Under the pieces are notes generated by a model, which was not told the origin of the DNA, searched no databases, and saw only the letters and a list, made by a program, of their open reading frames with translations. From assembly GCA_036172245.1 (NCBI GenBank), contig JAYWIR010000037.1, forward strand, positions 496,001 through 560,000: a stretch of 64,000 bases of DNA, written 5' to 3'. A program made the position numbers and the translations under genes. This DNA is from Raillietiella orientalis (taxonomy: Eukaryota). Shown here in pieces: positions 61,600-64,000 of the stretch; the stretch's first letter is position 1; each line of letters opens with the position of its first letter.

Positions 61600-63400
61600 A
61601 GACCGCCTTTGAGCTCAGAGTTTTCTGGATCTGAAGAGCAGGTGCTCAAACCCAGCAACGATTTCCGTTGTGTCACAGGAACTGCATGACGGTGTTTTCC
61701 CTAGAGATACTCCATGTCCGGCCCGTATTCCTGGAAGAATCCAGAAGGTTTTTAAATCATTAAAGGTTCTCATGTGGGAGAGGCATCGTTCCGGATAAGT
61801 CACACCTGACCTCTCTTTTTCCGATGTACTCAGGCGGTCACCTCCATTTATTGAGTCAGCCTTGCTCGGTGAGACGGAAAACTTCTCCCATTCCTCCATG
61901 GCTTCTGTTGTAAACTTCTTTAGCTTCATTTGAGGTCTCCTTTCCTTCGGCTTTCTAGAAGAAACCCTGACCGATCCATTTTTGACTCCGTGAGCTCGTC
62001 TCCTTCCAACTCACCTGTAGTTTCCCATGTTGCTTAGCTGCAGTAGGCGTCACGGAATTCTTATTGCCGATGCTCATTGCTAAGTATTAAAGTACCGTTC
62101 GCCTGGGGCTCACCCAGCTCTTTCACAATCTTCCGCGCCATTTGAGGGTGCGTGTAGTAACTCTTCTTCGAGTTAGGGGATACCCTGGGAGGGGACCACC
62201 TCATGAATCGAGGAAGGGCTCCGGAGGAAGGGGTTCCGTTCCTCTCACGCATGGGGAGGGAACCCCCCATCCCGGTTTTCTACGAAGGGAACCCCGAAGG
62301 AAATATTATCCTGCCTTATTCTCTCCTCTGCCTTATTCCACCGGTTCGTGGGGCCACCCCATTATTTATTCTCCGGAGGGAACTCGCAAGGGAAACGCTC
62401 CTTGTCACTCTTATAAAGAGAACCCCTAAGGGATGCCTCCCAATTTCCTTCGAAGAGTCGCTCCCGAAGGGAGCAGCTCTTTTCTTCACACTCTGGAGAT
62501 ATGTCATCAATCCACCAGCTCCATGGTACGAGATGGAGGGTTCCCCCCACCCCCATCTTCCAAGGGGGAAAGGGGGGGAGGGAAGGCTCCATTTTCACAA
62601 TCGGAGGGAAACGGCTCCTTGATTCCTGGGAAGGCCCCAGAGCGTCAACTTCCAATCCCAGCCGGTCAACGGGTGCATCAGGGGTTTCCTGATGCTTCCA
62701 CCAGTGCCGCACCCAAAGTCCATGGTCCAACCAGCTTCATCCTGCGAAAAGAGGACTCGAAACCCACGAGACACCCATTTCTGCCGTCAACCCTCCACGT
62801 GGGGGATTCGAACCCGCGGCGCCTGGATGTGCCGCACGCGGAGACCTCAGCCAGACGGCCACCGCGCGGGCTCCGTTAAAGCGAGATAATTGAATTTGCG
62901 TATCTATTGACAAGAAGAGAGGCTCACAGAGCTATCAAGAAGAAACTGAAGCTGAACAGATGCACGAGATTAGTCCTTGAGAGCTTTCAAGGATGGTATC
63001 TGAGCCCCCAACGTACGAGGAGGAACCCTCGCACGCCGCGGTCCCGATTGACTGTTCTGGAGCCATCCATTCTTGCTGCTACTGAGGTAGCTATGTGTCA
63101 GTAGTCCTTTGGATGAGTTCCTTGGTGCCTCAACTTTTTCTTCGGCTTTTCGGGGGGGGTGGTTCCCATTATAGGACCTGTCTTTTACATGTCGGAGGAC
63201 GAGTCCAGTCGCGAGTTCATATGACAGCTGCGCTTCGCAAAGGTTTCGTCTTTCCTAGGACAGAAGGCATCCCTAGTAAGCTAATGAGGTTGTAGGAGCT
63301 GCCTTCGGGGAAAATCTGTCGGATTCTTACGGCCACGGGCTCTCTATGGGTGTTGTGGTTCTACACGGGCGCGACGGGCTTTACGGTACTAGCATCAACG
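61600..63400 (-). mobile_element. Degenerate non-LTR retrotransposon 3' remnant hosting the second tRNA-headed repeat
   Basis: GIRAGHG...PSCSSCDTTE...FEHLLF (CCH zinc-knuckle-like) at 61615-61740; further broken ORFs upstream. Clade unresolved. Confidence 0.35.
62061..62874 (-). mobile_element. tRNA-headed (SINE-like) repeat, copy 2
   Basis: Minus strand GGAGCCCGCGCGGTGGCCGTCTGG (A box) ... GGTTCGAATCC (62804-62814, B box). The body is collinear with the three pieces of copy 1, plus a ~100-bp extra segment near 62300-62420. Confidence 0.78.
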
Positions 63401-64000
63401 GCCAAGTGAAGGGAAGAATTAGCAGCGAGTGCTCCGAAAATCCATCGGCCTAGAACAAACGAACAGGCGAAGCAGGAATTAAGTTTCCTGCCAAATGCTG
63501 TAGCAGCAGTTCAGCGCGGAAGCAGTGACCTCTGTGCACTGAATGAGGCAAGAAGGCAACAGGGAAAGTGTCCAAGAAATGGTGGGGGAGCCGGAATGCA
63601 GACGTCCTCGCACTGAGTTCTTGTACGAATCGAGAAGGGATTCTACCTCTCCGCCTGTCCCATGCAGAGTCGCCCTCCGACTCTCTGCAGCCCCGGCGAC
63701 GGGCCGATGAGGATCTCTCCGTCTAGCGCCGCCCTGCTCCTTTCATGGAACGTGCAATCTCGGTACGTGGATGCGACGCAGCGCAGGGAAATGGGCCGGG
63801 GAGGCCGAATGTGGCTCCTGCGAGGAAGGAAAAAACAACTCAAGAAGTTTTCCGAAGATGTGGGAGGAGGGAAGAGGCTCTTGCTGTGAGCTCCCTCCCT
63901 CGAGCAAGAGGCACGACCAGGAAACTCCTTCGCACGGCACCGGAGTCGGGAGTTGCTCATGGAACCGTGGTGACCCATACACGTCGGAATAACTGCCTGT

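Overview
Eukaryotic (animal, probably invertebrate) genomic DNA with three compartments. (1) 1-15.9 kb is a nest of L1/Tx1-clade non-LTR retrotransposon fragments. It includes a head-to-tail array of four 5'-truncated copies stacked into one 13-bp target site (3736-6798), a tRNA-headed repeat split by two later insertions, and a decayed intronless eIF4G copy interrupted by a piggyBac-type MITE. (2) 15.9-34.7 kb has GC-rich genic blocks: a very divergent, possibly disrupted CTC1-like gene, a three-repeat beta-thymosin (ciboulot-like) gene, a small orphan ORF ending in a polybasic CaaX motif, and fucose-1-phosphate guanylyltransferase (FPGT, minus strand). (3) 35-60.5 kb is AT-rich and holds a complete BLTP1/KIAA1109/tweek gene with many 35-60 bp introns, followed by more retroelement debris and a second tRNA-headed repeat. 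Protein family calls rest on motifs recognised by eye from memory; no database search was run, and GC levels are visual estimates.
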